NCBI GenBank assembly: GCA_038064915.1
Contig: JBBTSB010000009.1
Location: 20,773-84,772 of the forward strand
Origin: Patescibacteria group bacterium
Lineage (GTDB): Bacteria > Patescibacteriota > Minisyncoccia > 2-02-FULL-40-12 > IGHO2-01-FULL-4-A
Length of the DNA stretch: 64,000 nucleotides
Direction: 5' to 3'
The notes beneath the pieces were generated by a model that saw nothing but the letters and a program-made list of their open reading frames with translations, did no database searches and was not told where the DNA came from. Positions 56,068-64,000 of this stretch are shown one piece after another (the stretch's first letter is position 1; the number at the start of each line of letters is the position of its first letter). A program made the position numbers and the translations under genes.

Positions 56068-56520
56068 TTACCGGGTCACGCTGATCGAAGCGAGATCGGC
56101 AAGCGGAGCATCTACGAAGATACGGTTATTGGCAAGTTTCTGAACCCAGTATCCCGTGCCGCTTGCAGCACATCCCGTGGGACAGTCAGGATCAACAGGC
56201 ATTTCACCGATATAGATGGCATTGTCAGTAAGATCTGAAAGGTCAACAAGTCCAGTACAGCTAGCGGCACCAGTCGCACAAATTTCAGTTTTTGTCGTGG
56301 TGATCGATGTAGGAAGCTTTCCTTTATTGTCTACCGTGTACTGTCCGATAGCGTTGAGGATAGCATTTATATTGCTCGACCTTGCCGTATCATTGGCTTG
56401 GGAAAACTGACGAGCCGGGTTAATGGCTATCATTACCACCGCCGCCAAAATAGCGATGATACCGATGACGATGAGGAGTTCAATAAGAGTGAATCCTCGC
56501 TGACCAAAAAACTTTTTCAT
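56068..56520 (-). CDS. Type IV pilin-like protein (prepilin N-terminal methylation domain), lone copy
   Basis: RGFTLIELLIVIGIIAILAA. Confidence 0.7.
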   Translation of the reverse strand: MKKFFGQRGFTLIELLIVIGIIAILAAVVMIAINPARQFSQANDTARSSNINAILNAIGQYTVDNKGKLPTSITTTKTEICATGAASCTGLVDLSDLTDNAIYIGEMPVDPDCPTGCAASGTGYWVQKLANNRIFVDAPLADLASISVTR

Positions 56521-56564
56521 AGAAAGAGTTTGTTAAATTTACTATTAAAGTGATTATACCACGT

Positions 56565-57740
56565 CTACAGGTGTGGAAAGGCCGATCTGTGGACAAGTAT
56601 ATCCTCCTCTGGATACCACCGGGTGCGAAGTTCACCAGCTAAATAAAAAGAACCGGTCACTAAAACCAGGTCATTCGACCTGGCTGCCGCTAACGCGGCA
56701 TCCAAAGCTTGCCCAGAATCCGTATATCCCCCCAAGTTCATGCATTTTCGTTCCGCGTTCTGAAATCTTGTGGGATACACAACATCCGCCGGAATTTCCT
56801 CTATAATTTCCCTTTCTTTATTTGCCGCAAGCGCTACTACAAGATGTAATTTGTCAAAGGTCAATTGTTTTAGTTTTTCGGCGGTATATCTAAACTTCGC
56901 CCTATTGTGAGCCCCGTCTATGATAACTATCGGCTTTTCCTGCACTATTTCAAATCTTGCCGGAAGTTTTACTTCTTCGGCTCTGAACCCCATCGCCTCT
57001 ACCAATTCTTTATTCCCGCCTTTTATATAATTAAATTCCGGCCCTTGTTCCTTGCAAATATCTTCCATGATCTTTCGTAGCCTAGGCCGTGCCTCGGTAG
57101 TAAAAAACTTACTGCCTCGCTTTATTATCCCAGCTTTATCTCCCGCAATCTTAGTAAGCGTCTTTCCCAAAATATGCATGTGATCGTAGTCGATGTTCGT
57201 AATCGCACTGATTTCCGGTGCAGGAATTACATTCGTTGCATCATATCTTCCCCCACAGCCCACTTCTAATACGACATACTCGCACTGCATTTTTTTGAAG
57301 TAAATCAAAGCGATCGCCAAAAATCGCTCAAAATAACTCGGCCCACCCCAAGGACACTTTGCAAACGCCTCATCTATTTTTGGTTTCAAGTCTTCAACAA
57401 TCTGTGCAAATTCAAGAGGATCAATATATAAATCTCCTACCTGGATTTTTTCTATAGAAGTTGTGACAAACGGCGAAGTAAATAGGCCAGTCTTGTGACC
57501 GGAAGTGTGTAGTGAGTAGTGGATAGTGGAAGCGACCGTCCCCTTTCCTGCCGTGCCCGTAATATGAATATACTTAAAGCCTCGCTCTGGATTCCCCAGC
57601 AAATCCAAAAACCACTGCATGCGCTTAATATAGATCGAAGGATCATGAGTCTTTCCACTCATGTAGTTGGGCCCGCTCTGGATATTCACGAGCCCCTCGA
57701 GATATTTGACGGCGTTGTAATATCGCGAAAAATCGGACAT
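56565..57740 (-). CDS. folC: Folylpolyglutamate synthase/dihydrofolate synthase (Mur ligase family)
   Basis: ITGTAGKGTV P-loop and FolC architecture. Confidence 0.8.
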   Translation of the reverse strand: MSDFSRYYNAVKYLEGLVNIQSGPNYMSGKTHDPSIYIKRMQWFLDLLGNPERGFKYIHITGTAGKGTVASTIHYSLHTSGHKTGLFTSPFVTTSIEKIQVGDLYIDPLEFAQIVEDLKPKIDEAFAKCPWGGPSYFERFLAIALIYFKKMQCEYVVLEVGCGGRYDATNVIPAPEISAITNIDYDHMHILGKTLTKIAGDKAGIIKRGSKFFTTEARPRLRKIMEDICKEQGPEFNYIKGGNKELVEAMGFRAEEVKLPARFEIVQEKPIVIIDGAHNRAKFRYTAEKLKQLTFDKLHLVVALAANKEREIIEEIPADVVYPTRFQNAERKCMNLGGYTDSGQALDAALAAARSNDLVLVTGSFYLAGELRTRWYPEEDILVHRSAFPHL

Positions 57741-57794
57741 GGGGAGAGGATATCATACTAAACAACTCCCTCCAACTTCAACAACCCCCTCGAT

Positions 57795-57852
57795 CCCCCT
57801 TATAGATAAGGGGGAAGAAATTTCTGCTCCCTCTCTTATCTATAAGAGAGGG
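57795..57852. repeat. Double-hairpin palindromic repeat, copy 2 (CCCCCTTATAGATAAGGGGG ... CCCTCTCTTATCTATAAGAGAGGG)
   Basis: Reverse complement of the 14365-14416 copy with a 6 nt insertion (TCTGCT). Lies between the FolT-like gene and folC. Confidence 0.8.
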
Positions 57853-58520
57853 TTGGGGTGAGATAGTGCGTATTTCTGATTCACGAGTGGCAAGACTCTC
57901 GGCACCTTTTTCGCCACGAGTGCCAACACATTGTTCATGACAAGATACGAGACGGCGATACCGAGAGCAAAAATCGCTCGCTCTTTTATGACTATAGGAA
58001 TAAGACCAGACCAGACGGAAGCCGGCAAGGGATTAAAGATCGCCCAGAGTGCGCCTCCCACGGCATGGGCGGTAAAGGTCGCGCCAAGCGCACGGGCGAG
58101 AAGCCAACGATCCTGCAGAAAGTACGCGACAATAGGGATCAACCAAAGCAAAGCGAAGTACCAGGCTTGACGGCTTTCCGGCATGATCAAAAAAGCTATT
58201 ATTGCCGCAACCGGAACGATGACATTGAAGAGGCTTTTGCGGGAAAAATACAAGGCGGCTGCAAGTGGAGTGATGAGACGAATAGCCATTACCGCATCAA
58301 ACGAACTTACGCCTTTTACAGCAAGGTTAATCAATTCCATTCCCGCGACAGCCACGACTCCCCAGAGCGATCCCAAAAATCCCGTGGCTATTGGCGCAAA
58401 CAGATCAAAAAGCGTAAACGCCGACCGTGAACCTTCTAGCTTTGCGACCGGAACCTGCAATGCTACAAAACCGAGAACCGCAAACAATACGATGAACAGA
58501 ATTTTTTGTTTATTTGACAC
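57840..58520 (-). CDS. Membrane protein, candidate ECF-transporter S component (folate-family context)
   Basis: 5-6 transmembrane helices. Located between folC and a DHFR-family gene. The functional assignment is inferred from context only. Confidence 0.4.
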   Translation of the reverse strand: MSNKQKILFIVLFAVLGFVALQVPVAKLEGSRSAFTLFDLFAPIATGFLGSLWGVVAVAGMELINLAVKGVSSFDAVMAIRLITPLAAALYFSRKSLFNVIVPVAAIIAFLIMPESRQAWYFALLWLIPIVAYFLQDRWLLARALGATFTAHAVGGALWAIFNPLPASVWSGLIPIVIKERAIFALGIAVSYLVMNNVLALVAKKVPRVLPLVNQKYALSHPNPLL

Positions 58521-58959
58521 GGTAGTGCAGGAGGAGTGTTCCTTGCGGGTTCAATCGCTCCACGTTTATTAGCTCCAACTCTACCTCAAGCGGTATGTCT
58601 TGCGCAAGAGGCAACCCTTTTCCAAAGATTTTGGGCTCTATTGTCAAATATATTTCGTTTATTAATTTTCTTTTAAAAAACTCCGCATTCAGTTCACTTC
58701 CCCCTACGAGCAGTGCCTCCTCCACATCATCAGGAAGTGCAAAGCCAGTCTCGCGTGACATGACGATGCGCCGGATACCATCGCCGCTTGGTTTTCCGGC
58801 AGCTTCCCATGTTTTTCTACCAACAATAATAGTTCCAATTTTCTTTTTGAGATCATGAAAGAACCCTTGGTCCTCCACCGACGCCCAAAGATTCGGGCTT
58901 AGGTCCGCTTTCGTTGATTTCCCGTCCAGACTCAAAACCATGGCGAGAATAATCTTCAT
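58510..58959 (-). CDS. Dihydrofolate reductase family protein (RibD C-terminal-like)
   Basis: ILAMVLSLDGKST...IGTIIVGRKTWE pattern. Confidence 0.7.
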   Translation of the reverse strand: MKIILAMVLSLDGKSTKADLSPNLWASVEDQGFFHDLKKKIGTIIVGRKTWEAAGKPSGDGIRRIVMSRETGFALPDDVEEALLVGGSELNAEFFKRKLINEIYLTIEPKIFGKGLPLAQDIPLEVELELINVERLNPQGTLLLHYRVK

Positions 58960-60752
58960 GCGTCTTGAAATTGCAAGTCGTGCAATAGCTGATACGTCGG
59001 GCTTTTCTTCATAAGTTCCGCATGCGTTCCCATCGCTTCGATCGTGCCTTGTTTGAATACCAAAATCAAGTCTGCGTGGATCACCGTGGACAGACGGTGC
59101 GCGATGATAAATGATGTACGATTTTTTATGAGATCTTTCGTGGCTTTTTGAATAAGGCGCTCGCTTTCGCTATCCAGATGACTCGTCGCTTCGTCGAGAA
59201 TGAGAATACGCGGATCCCGCAAGACCGCGCGCGCAATACCGATGCGCTGACGCTCACCGCCCGACAATTTGATCCCACGCTCCCCCACCACGGTGTCATA
59301 GCCATGCTCAAGCTTCATAATGAAGTCATGCGCGAGTGCGGTCTTTGCGGCTCGAATAAGTTCAGCATCGGGCACCTGAGGCCTTCCATAAGCAATATTT
59401 TCTCGAATCGTACGAGAAAATAAATCCACTTCCTGCGGCACTACGGCCATCTGCGAACGAAGGCTGTCCTGTGTCACGTCGCGCAAATCATAGTCATCGA
59501 TCAAAATCGCACCTTCCGTGGGATCAAAGGAGCGCAAGAGTAAATTTATAAACGTCGTCTTCCCCGAACCGGAGCGACCCACGAGCGCCACCGTAGTACC
59601 GGCGGGAATACGGAGGCGAATGTTTCGTAATGCACGGTGCTTTTTTCCAGATCCTTGATAGGAAAACGACATGTCCTGAAAATCAATATGCTGCGCAAAC
59701 GGAGGCAACGCAACCGCGTGCGGTTTATCGACGACGCTAACAGGCTCGTCGAGTATTTCAAACATCTTCTCAGAGCGTCCAAGATTTCGTCGCATGCGAG
59801 GCAACACATTGGAAAGCTGGGCCAAGGGGCTGTACGCCATATTTTGAAGCGTGATATAGAGGACAAATTCACCGATCGTTGCGGATCCGCGCACCACCAA
59901 AAACCCGGCTAGGATGATTACCGCAATACGCCCCGTGGTGCCAATAGCGGTTTGAATATTTTCCATGATTGCCCACAGATGTTCGGCTTCATATTGGATT
60001 TGACGCGCTTTGTTGCGAAGTTTGCGCTGCGTTTCGATTTCCACTTGCTCTTGAGCAAACTTTTTCACGGTCAACACATTGCCGGCAACGTCGTATTCCT
60101 CTTTGTTGACGGCGTCGAACTGTTCATTTACGCGTCGTTCGATTTCATAAATGCGTTGGGTGAGTTTGCGCACCGCAAAAATATATATGGGTAAGGGAAT
60201 AAACACGACGGCACCGATAAGTGGGTTTTTGTATATCAACACAGCAAAAACAGCAAGGAAGACGGTCAAAGGTGGCAACAAATTATGGCCAATGATGTCA
60301 TTAAGCACTGCATACATACCCACTCCTCCACGATCGATGCGACCGATAATCTGGCCACTCGATACTCCATGATGAAAAAGTGAATGGAGTCGAAGGTATT
60401 TTTCATAGGTGCGATAGCGTAGTTGATCCTCTACTGTCGTAACGAGCTTGAACAGTCGATAGTCATAGAGTGATTTTAAAAAGCGAGCCAGCACAGTCGC
60501 AACCAAAATCCCGACTGCAGACCAAAGCAAAACTGATATCGGTGCAATACCACCTCCCGTAAAGAATGCAATGAGCCGATCAATAAGTTTTTGAGAAATG
60601 AAAGGGACGGTGATATCAAACGCCGAGGACAGCAAAACAAGAAACAAAAGTGCCACGACAACTCTTTTGTAGTCTTTTAAGAGCGCTAGTACACGCCGTG
60701 TGGTAGATTTTTTTATTTCGGTTCCAGTTCGAGACATACGGAATTTATACAA
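58956..60752 (-). CDS. ABC exporter, fused permease and ATPase (MsbA-like)
   Basis: Six transmembrane helices plus a nucleotide-binding domain with Walker A, signature LSGGERQR and Walker B ILILDEATS. Confidence 0.85.
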   Translation of the reverse strand: MYKFRMSRTGTEIKKSTTRRVLALLKDYKRVVVALLFLVLLSSAFDITVPFISQKLIDRLIAFFTGGGIAPISVLLWSAVGILVATVLARFLKSLYDYRLFKLVTTVEDQLRYRTYEKYLRLHSLFHHGVSSGQIIGRIDRGGVGMYAVLNDIIGHNLLPPLTVFLAVFAVLIYKNPLIGAVVFIPLPIYIFAVRKLTQRIYEIERRVNEQFDAVNKEEYDVAGNVLTVKKFAQEQVEIETQRKLRNKARQIQYEAEHLWAIMENIQTAIGTTGRIAVIILAGFLVVRGSATIGEFVLYITLQNMAYSPLAQLSNVLPRMRRNLGRSEKMFEILDEPVSVVDKPHAVALPPFAQHIDFQDMSFSYQGSGKKHRALRNIRLRIPAGTTVALVGRSGSGKTTFINLLLRSFDPTEGAILIDDYDLRDVTQDSLRSQMAVVPQEVDLFSRTIRENIAYGRPQVPDAELIRAAKTALAHDFIMKLEHGYDTVVGERGIKLSGGERQRIGIARAVLRDPRILILDEATSHLDSESERLIQKATKDLIKNRTSFIIAHRLSTVIHADLILVFKQGTIEAMGTHAELMKKSPTYQLLHDLQFQDA

Positions 60753-61090
60753 AATCTTTGTTTGCCGTTAGGTCCGTCATTGAATACATGGCCGAGATGG
60801 GCTCCACAATTTTTACATTTTACTTCTGTGCGATCATTGTCAGGAATTAATTCTATGTGCTCGAAATTTTCGGGTTCTGTAAAACTCGGCCAGCCCGTGC
60901 CGGAATCAAACTTGGTATCCGATGAAAACAAAACATTTCCGCAGTTTGAGCACTTATACATGCCATCAGCGTGCTCGTTTACGTACTTCCCCGAAAACGG
61001 CGCCTCCGTCCCCTTTTCGAACATTATTTGTTTTTGTTCGTCCGTAAGGGTATCTTTGATCATAGAGTAATCATAAGTCACCTCCACCAT
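60713..61090 (-). CDS. msrB: Peptide methionine-(R)-S-oxide reductase MsrB
   Basis: Two CxxC pairs, GWPSF and RTEVKCKNCGAHLGHVF. Confidence 0.85.
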   Translation of the reverse strand: MVEVTYDYSMIKDTLTDEQKQIMFEKGTEAPFSGKYVNEHADGMYKCSNCGNVLFSSDTKFDSGTGWPSFTEPENFEHIELIPDNDRTEVKCKNCGAHLGHVFNDGPNGKQRFCINSVCLELEPK

Positions 61091-62876
61091 GATTTCAATT
61101 CCTCCTCCTGCGATCGTTGAAAATTACGTCCACACCGGGAACACGGATTTTGATGGGTTTTATGACAACGTAAGAAACATCATGACGCAAAATATTCGGC
61201 ATTGCCAAATGGCAAAGGGCTACCGAAGTCCCGACACCGACAATCTCTGGCTTCGCGATCATGTGTATCAAATGCAGGGGTTCAAGTACTGGGAGGAGGA
61301 TATGACGAGCCTCGTGGAGTTTTTCTTGCGGGATCAGACTGCCAGCGGAAGTCTCAATGATCTTGAGTGTCCCGGCGGACGTATCGGGACAGAATCTGAC
61401 GTGGAGTACTGGGGAGTGTTGGGCGCGTTCACGGCCTGGCAAGCAACCGGAAATGATGCGTGGCTGGAAAGTGTGCGTGAAAATCTCGAGCAGGCGCTTC
61501 ACTACTCTACGACCGACAAATATCGCTGGGATAAAACACATGGTCTGGTCAAACGACCGTTCACTATCGACACGTGGGACTTTCAGTGGGGCGACGGAAG
61601 TCCGGAGATCAATGACAATACGCGCTTCGGCATCATGTCGGGAGACAATTCAGGGCTGTATCTAGCAGCGCGTTTTTTGGGACAGCATGCTTTGGCACAA
61701 AGCATCAAAACGAAAGCCAACGCTCTTCTTTGGAATAACGCTCGCGGCTACTATCGAAGTTTTTTTCATCTTGAGCCACCCACTCCCCCGGTAGATATCA
61801 ATGAAGATGCAATGTTGAGCTTCAGCAATATCTTGAATGTGAACCGAGGAGATTTTGTGGATCAGAAAAAAGCAGAGCGTATCATCCAGGAATATATTCG
61901 TCGTGGAAAGTGGTACAGTATCAATCCGGATTATGGTGATGGGAAATTTGGCACTGCTGCACAGAAAAGTGGTGAATACGTAAACGGTGGCATCTTTCCT
62001 TTCATAGGCGGAGAATTGGCAAAGGCGGAGCTGACTCGAGGTTATGAAAATGAAGGCGTAAAAGAACTGAAAAAATATATCGAGCTGCTCAAAAAAGATA
62101 ACAACAAGACCTATCTGTGGTATTGGCCCGATGGGAAGCCGGGCATCTATCAAGATACAATTCCAACCGACGGCTGGGGCAGTAGTGCATTTTTATCGGC
62201 ATTTATAGAAGGGCTGGTAGGGATACGAGATCTCGATCGCGCTTTCAACGTAGTGGAACTTGCGCCTCGCTGGCCGGCTGCCGGTATCAGCCACGCCGAT
62301 GTTCGTATTGGATACGGCGCAGGTGATGCGTATATCGCCTACACCTATACCGTCGAAAAGAACACAATCAAGATGGAGGTGGAAGGATCAGGATCTACCG
62401 TGCGGGCACATATTCTCCTCCCCGAAGAAACAGAGTCATATCAAATCCACGTGAACGGACAACCACGACCCTACACGACAAGCCGCGTTCGAGAAAGTAG
62501 ATATGCTGATTTTTCATTCTCTCTACCAAAAACCGCGAGCATAACCCCTCGAGCTATTACGCCTTTTGCCTTTGATGATGACAAATTTCATCCCCTGCTT
62601 CGTGCCGCTGGTCGGCAAGAGGTTTTTTACATCACCGATGAAGGAACGAAGATGCATATACAAAACGAACAGGCGTTTGCGGTGGCAGGATTTGATTTCA
62701 AACAGGTCTGGATTGTATCGCCCGACAGGCTTGACTCCATCGAAACGGACTCCCAGACATTTGATCCCGCACTGGCAAAACCAAAAGCAACCCGTAACAT
62801 TTTGCTTATTTTGGGTATTATACTACTATTCTGCTATGCAATTTTCACGAGAATCCCTAGAAAAACTGTGGGATGA
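61089..62876 (+). CDS. Glycoside-hydrolase-like (alpha/alpha)6-barrel protein (GH63/GDE-like), C-terminal transmembrane anchor
   Basis: W-rich motifs (LWLRDHVYQ, WDFQWGDG). Family assignment is tentative. Confidence 0.5.
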   Translation: MISIPPPAIVENYVHTGNTDFDGFYDNVRNIMTQNIRHCQMAKGYRSPDTDNLWLRDHVYQMQGFKYWEEDMTSLVEFFLRDQTASGSLNDLECPGGRIGTESDVEYWGVLGAFTAWQATGNDAWLESVRENLEQALHYSTTDKYRWDKTHGLVKRPFTIDTWDFQWGDGSPEINDNTRFGIMSGDNSGLYLAARFLGQHALAQSIKTKANALLWNNARGYYRSFFHLEPPTPPVDINEDAMLSFSNILNVNRGDFVDQKKAERIIQEYIRRGKWYSINPDYGDGKFGTAAQKSGEYVNGGIFPFIGGELAKAELTRGYENEGVKELKKYIELLKKDNNKTYLWYWPDGKPGIYQDTIPTDGWGSSAFLSAFIEGLVGIRDLDRAFNVVELAPRWPAAGISHADVRIGYGAGDAYIAYTYTVEKNTIKMEVEGSGSTVRAHILLPEETESYQIHVNGQPRPYTTSRVRESRYADFSFSLPKTASITPRAITPFAFDDDKFHPLLRAAGRQEVFYITDEGTKMHIQNEQAFAVAGFDFKQVWIVSPDRLDSIETDSQTFDPALAKPKATRNILLILGIILLFCYAIFTRIPRKTVG

Positions 62877-63306
62877 GACAACACCAAAACTCTTTGGCTA
62901 TCTTGTAAACACTCTCCACGACAAGGCGCTTGCAGAAGATATTTTTCAGAGTACCTGGACAAAAACTCTGGATGCGCTTCCCCTCTATCAGGATCGGGGT
63001 ATTCCTTTTAGTGCGTGGCTGTTTGCGATCGCTCGAAATGAATGCAAGCTGTATTGGCGAAAAGGAAATCACGAAGTAGTTTTTGATGCACAGGAACACG
63101 ATGTGGCTACAGAGCCTGCGGGACAAGACTCGTTGCTCGCTGAACAAATTATGAGTCGACTTCCCGAAGACGATCGTGAACTTCTGCGTCTCCGCTACAT
63201 CGCCGATCTCCCCATGAATGACATCGCAAAAATTTTACAAACTAACTCCGTTGCTGTGCGCGTTCGGATCCACCGCGCACTGAAACGGGCACATCAACAT
63301 GTCTAA
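62836..63306 (+). CDS. ECF-type RNA polymerase sigma factor
   Basis: Regions 2 and 4 (FGYLVNTL...AEDIFQSTW, LRYIADLPMNDIAKIL). The upstream part of the ORF-track ORF overlaps the preceding gene in another frame and is rejected. Confidence 0.75.
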   Translation: MQFSRESLEKLWDETTPKLFGYLVNTLHDKALAEDIFQSTWTKTLDALPLYQDRGIPFSAWLFAIARNECKLYWRKGNHEVVFDAQEHDVATEPAGQDSLLAEQIMSRLPEDDRELLRLRYIADLPMNDIAKILQTNSVAVRVRIHRALKRAHQHV

Positions 63307-64000
63307 TATCAATAATCTACTCACCAATTGGGGTAAATCCCAACGCCAAGCTCCGCACAATAACGAAGTGCTTAAAAATGCAATTTTACAACAAGCACCC
63401 GAACTGAGCGGTTCAACCGCTCAACGACGCTTGCCATGGCTCTCATTTGCACTCGCTGGATTTGCAGTTTTGGTTCTTATCTTTCAGCCCGTCTTTGAGG
63501 AGCCGGAAGCGACCATGCTTGCGGTCCGTACACAAAAATCTGCGAACGAAAGTGTTGCAAAACCTCAATACGACCGAAGTTTATCTTATCCTGCCTATAC
63601 CAACGAGATTCCTATTACTGATGATCGTGAGTTTCTCAAAATGAACTACCGAACGGATATCCGTACGAGAAATGTGAGTGAGATGAGTCGGCGTATACAA
63701 ACGATCATCCATGGACATGATGGACGTATTGACTCACTGCAGGTTTCTCCGAAGAACGCCCAAATACAATTTGCCATTCCTGCTAACAAGTTTGAAGTAT
63801 TTCGATCTGAAATTGAATCACTAACCAAAGGAAAACTCATTTCGGTAAACATCAACGCACAGAACTTGCTGACCCAAAAACAGCAGATTGAGAGTCAACC
63901 ACAAACCTATGAACGTGACGCGATCGATCGAACATTTATGGGTAACATTGCCACGGTGAACGGCACAATCAATCTCCGATTCGTCAGTATCTGGGAAGTC
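63299..64000 (+). CDS. Putative anti-sigma factor / membrane protein (partial; continues past the window end)
   Basis: ATG overlaps the sigma stop (ATGTCTAA). One transmembrane helix (LPWLSFALAGFAVLVLIF). Hand-translated with no stop before 64000. Confidence 0.4.
   Translation, partial: MSNINNLLTNWGKSQRQAPHNNEVLKNAILQQAPELSGSTAQRRLPWLSFALAGFAVLVLIFQPVFEEPEATMLAVRTQKSANESVAKPQYDRSLSYPAYTNEIPITDDREFLKMNYRTDIRTRNVSEMSRRIQTIIHGHDGRIDSLQVSPKNAQIQFAIPANKFEVFRSEIESLTKGKLISVNINAQNLLTQKQQIESQPQTYERDAIDRTFMGNIATVNGTINLRFVSIWEV

Noticed and set aside
1-64000. CRISPR arrays, rRNA genes, transposase or integrase genes
   Set aside because: No regularly spaced direct repeats, no rRNA-like conserved blocks, and no recognisable transposase or recombinase ORFs were found. 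The many antisense ORFs inside fusA, ligA, pilB and others are treated as spurious shadows of the annotated genes.

Overview
This 64 kb window looks like a small, streamlined bacterial genome of the CPR/Patescibacteria type; that assignment is inference from gene content and style, not a database hit. Nearly everything is on the minus strand up to about 33 kb, and the strands are mixed after that.

The main conserved blocks are:
- An str-type operon running M50 protease, rpsL, rpsG, fusA, an unknown GC-rich ORF, dnaG and rpoD, followed by a tRNA that appears to carry a group I intron at the window edge.
- A complete type IV pilus / DNA-uptake locus with no secretin: pilM-N-O-(P-like)-pilB-pilT-pilC-pilA-pilD plus four minor pilins, a split ComEC and ComFC.
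- gatCA and ligA, parAB, glyA/folD/tsaC, a short uvrC, secG, rnj, trpS, murC, ychF, a sugar-phosphate cluster (fba, pfkB-type kinase, rpe, rpiB, trxB), a folate module (folC, FolT-like, DHFR-like), two ECF sigma/anti-sigma pairs and four standard tRNAs (Pro-GGG, Leu-CAA, Leu-CAG, Ser-TGA); the ~238 nt partial intron-containing tRNA at the window edge is additional.

The most interesting accessory content is:
1. A 1.36 kb island inserted between gatC and ligA. It holds two 59-aa Cys-rich 'PRCP-motif' small proteins, each followed by a near-identical ~80 bp structured hairpin/terminator repeat, and a PaaX-like regulator gene tightly flanked by 23 bp inverted repeats.
2. A third paralog of the small PRCP protein, with a related hairpin, sits directly upstream of uvrC.
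3. A two-gene cassette (a retropepsin-like aspartic protease and a small protein) inserted between glyA and folD, flanked by 33 bp direct repeats that duplicate the folD start.
4. A free-standing LAGLIDADG homing endonuclease starting 5 nt after tRNA-Leu(CAA).
5. A double-hairpin palindromic repeat family with two intergenic copies and one in-frame partial copy inside murB.
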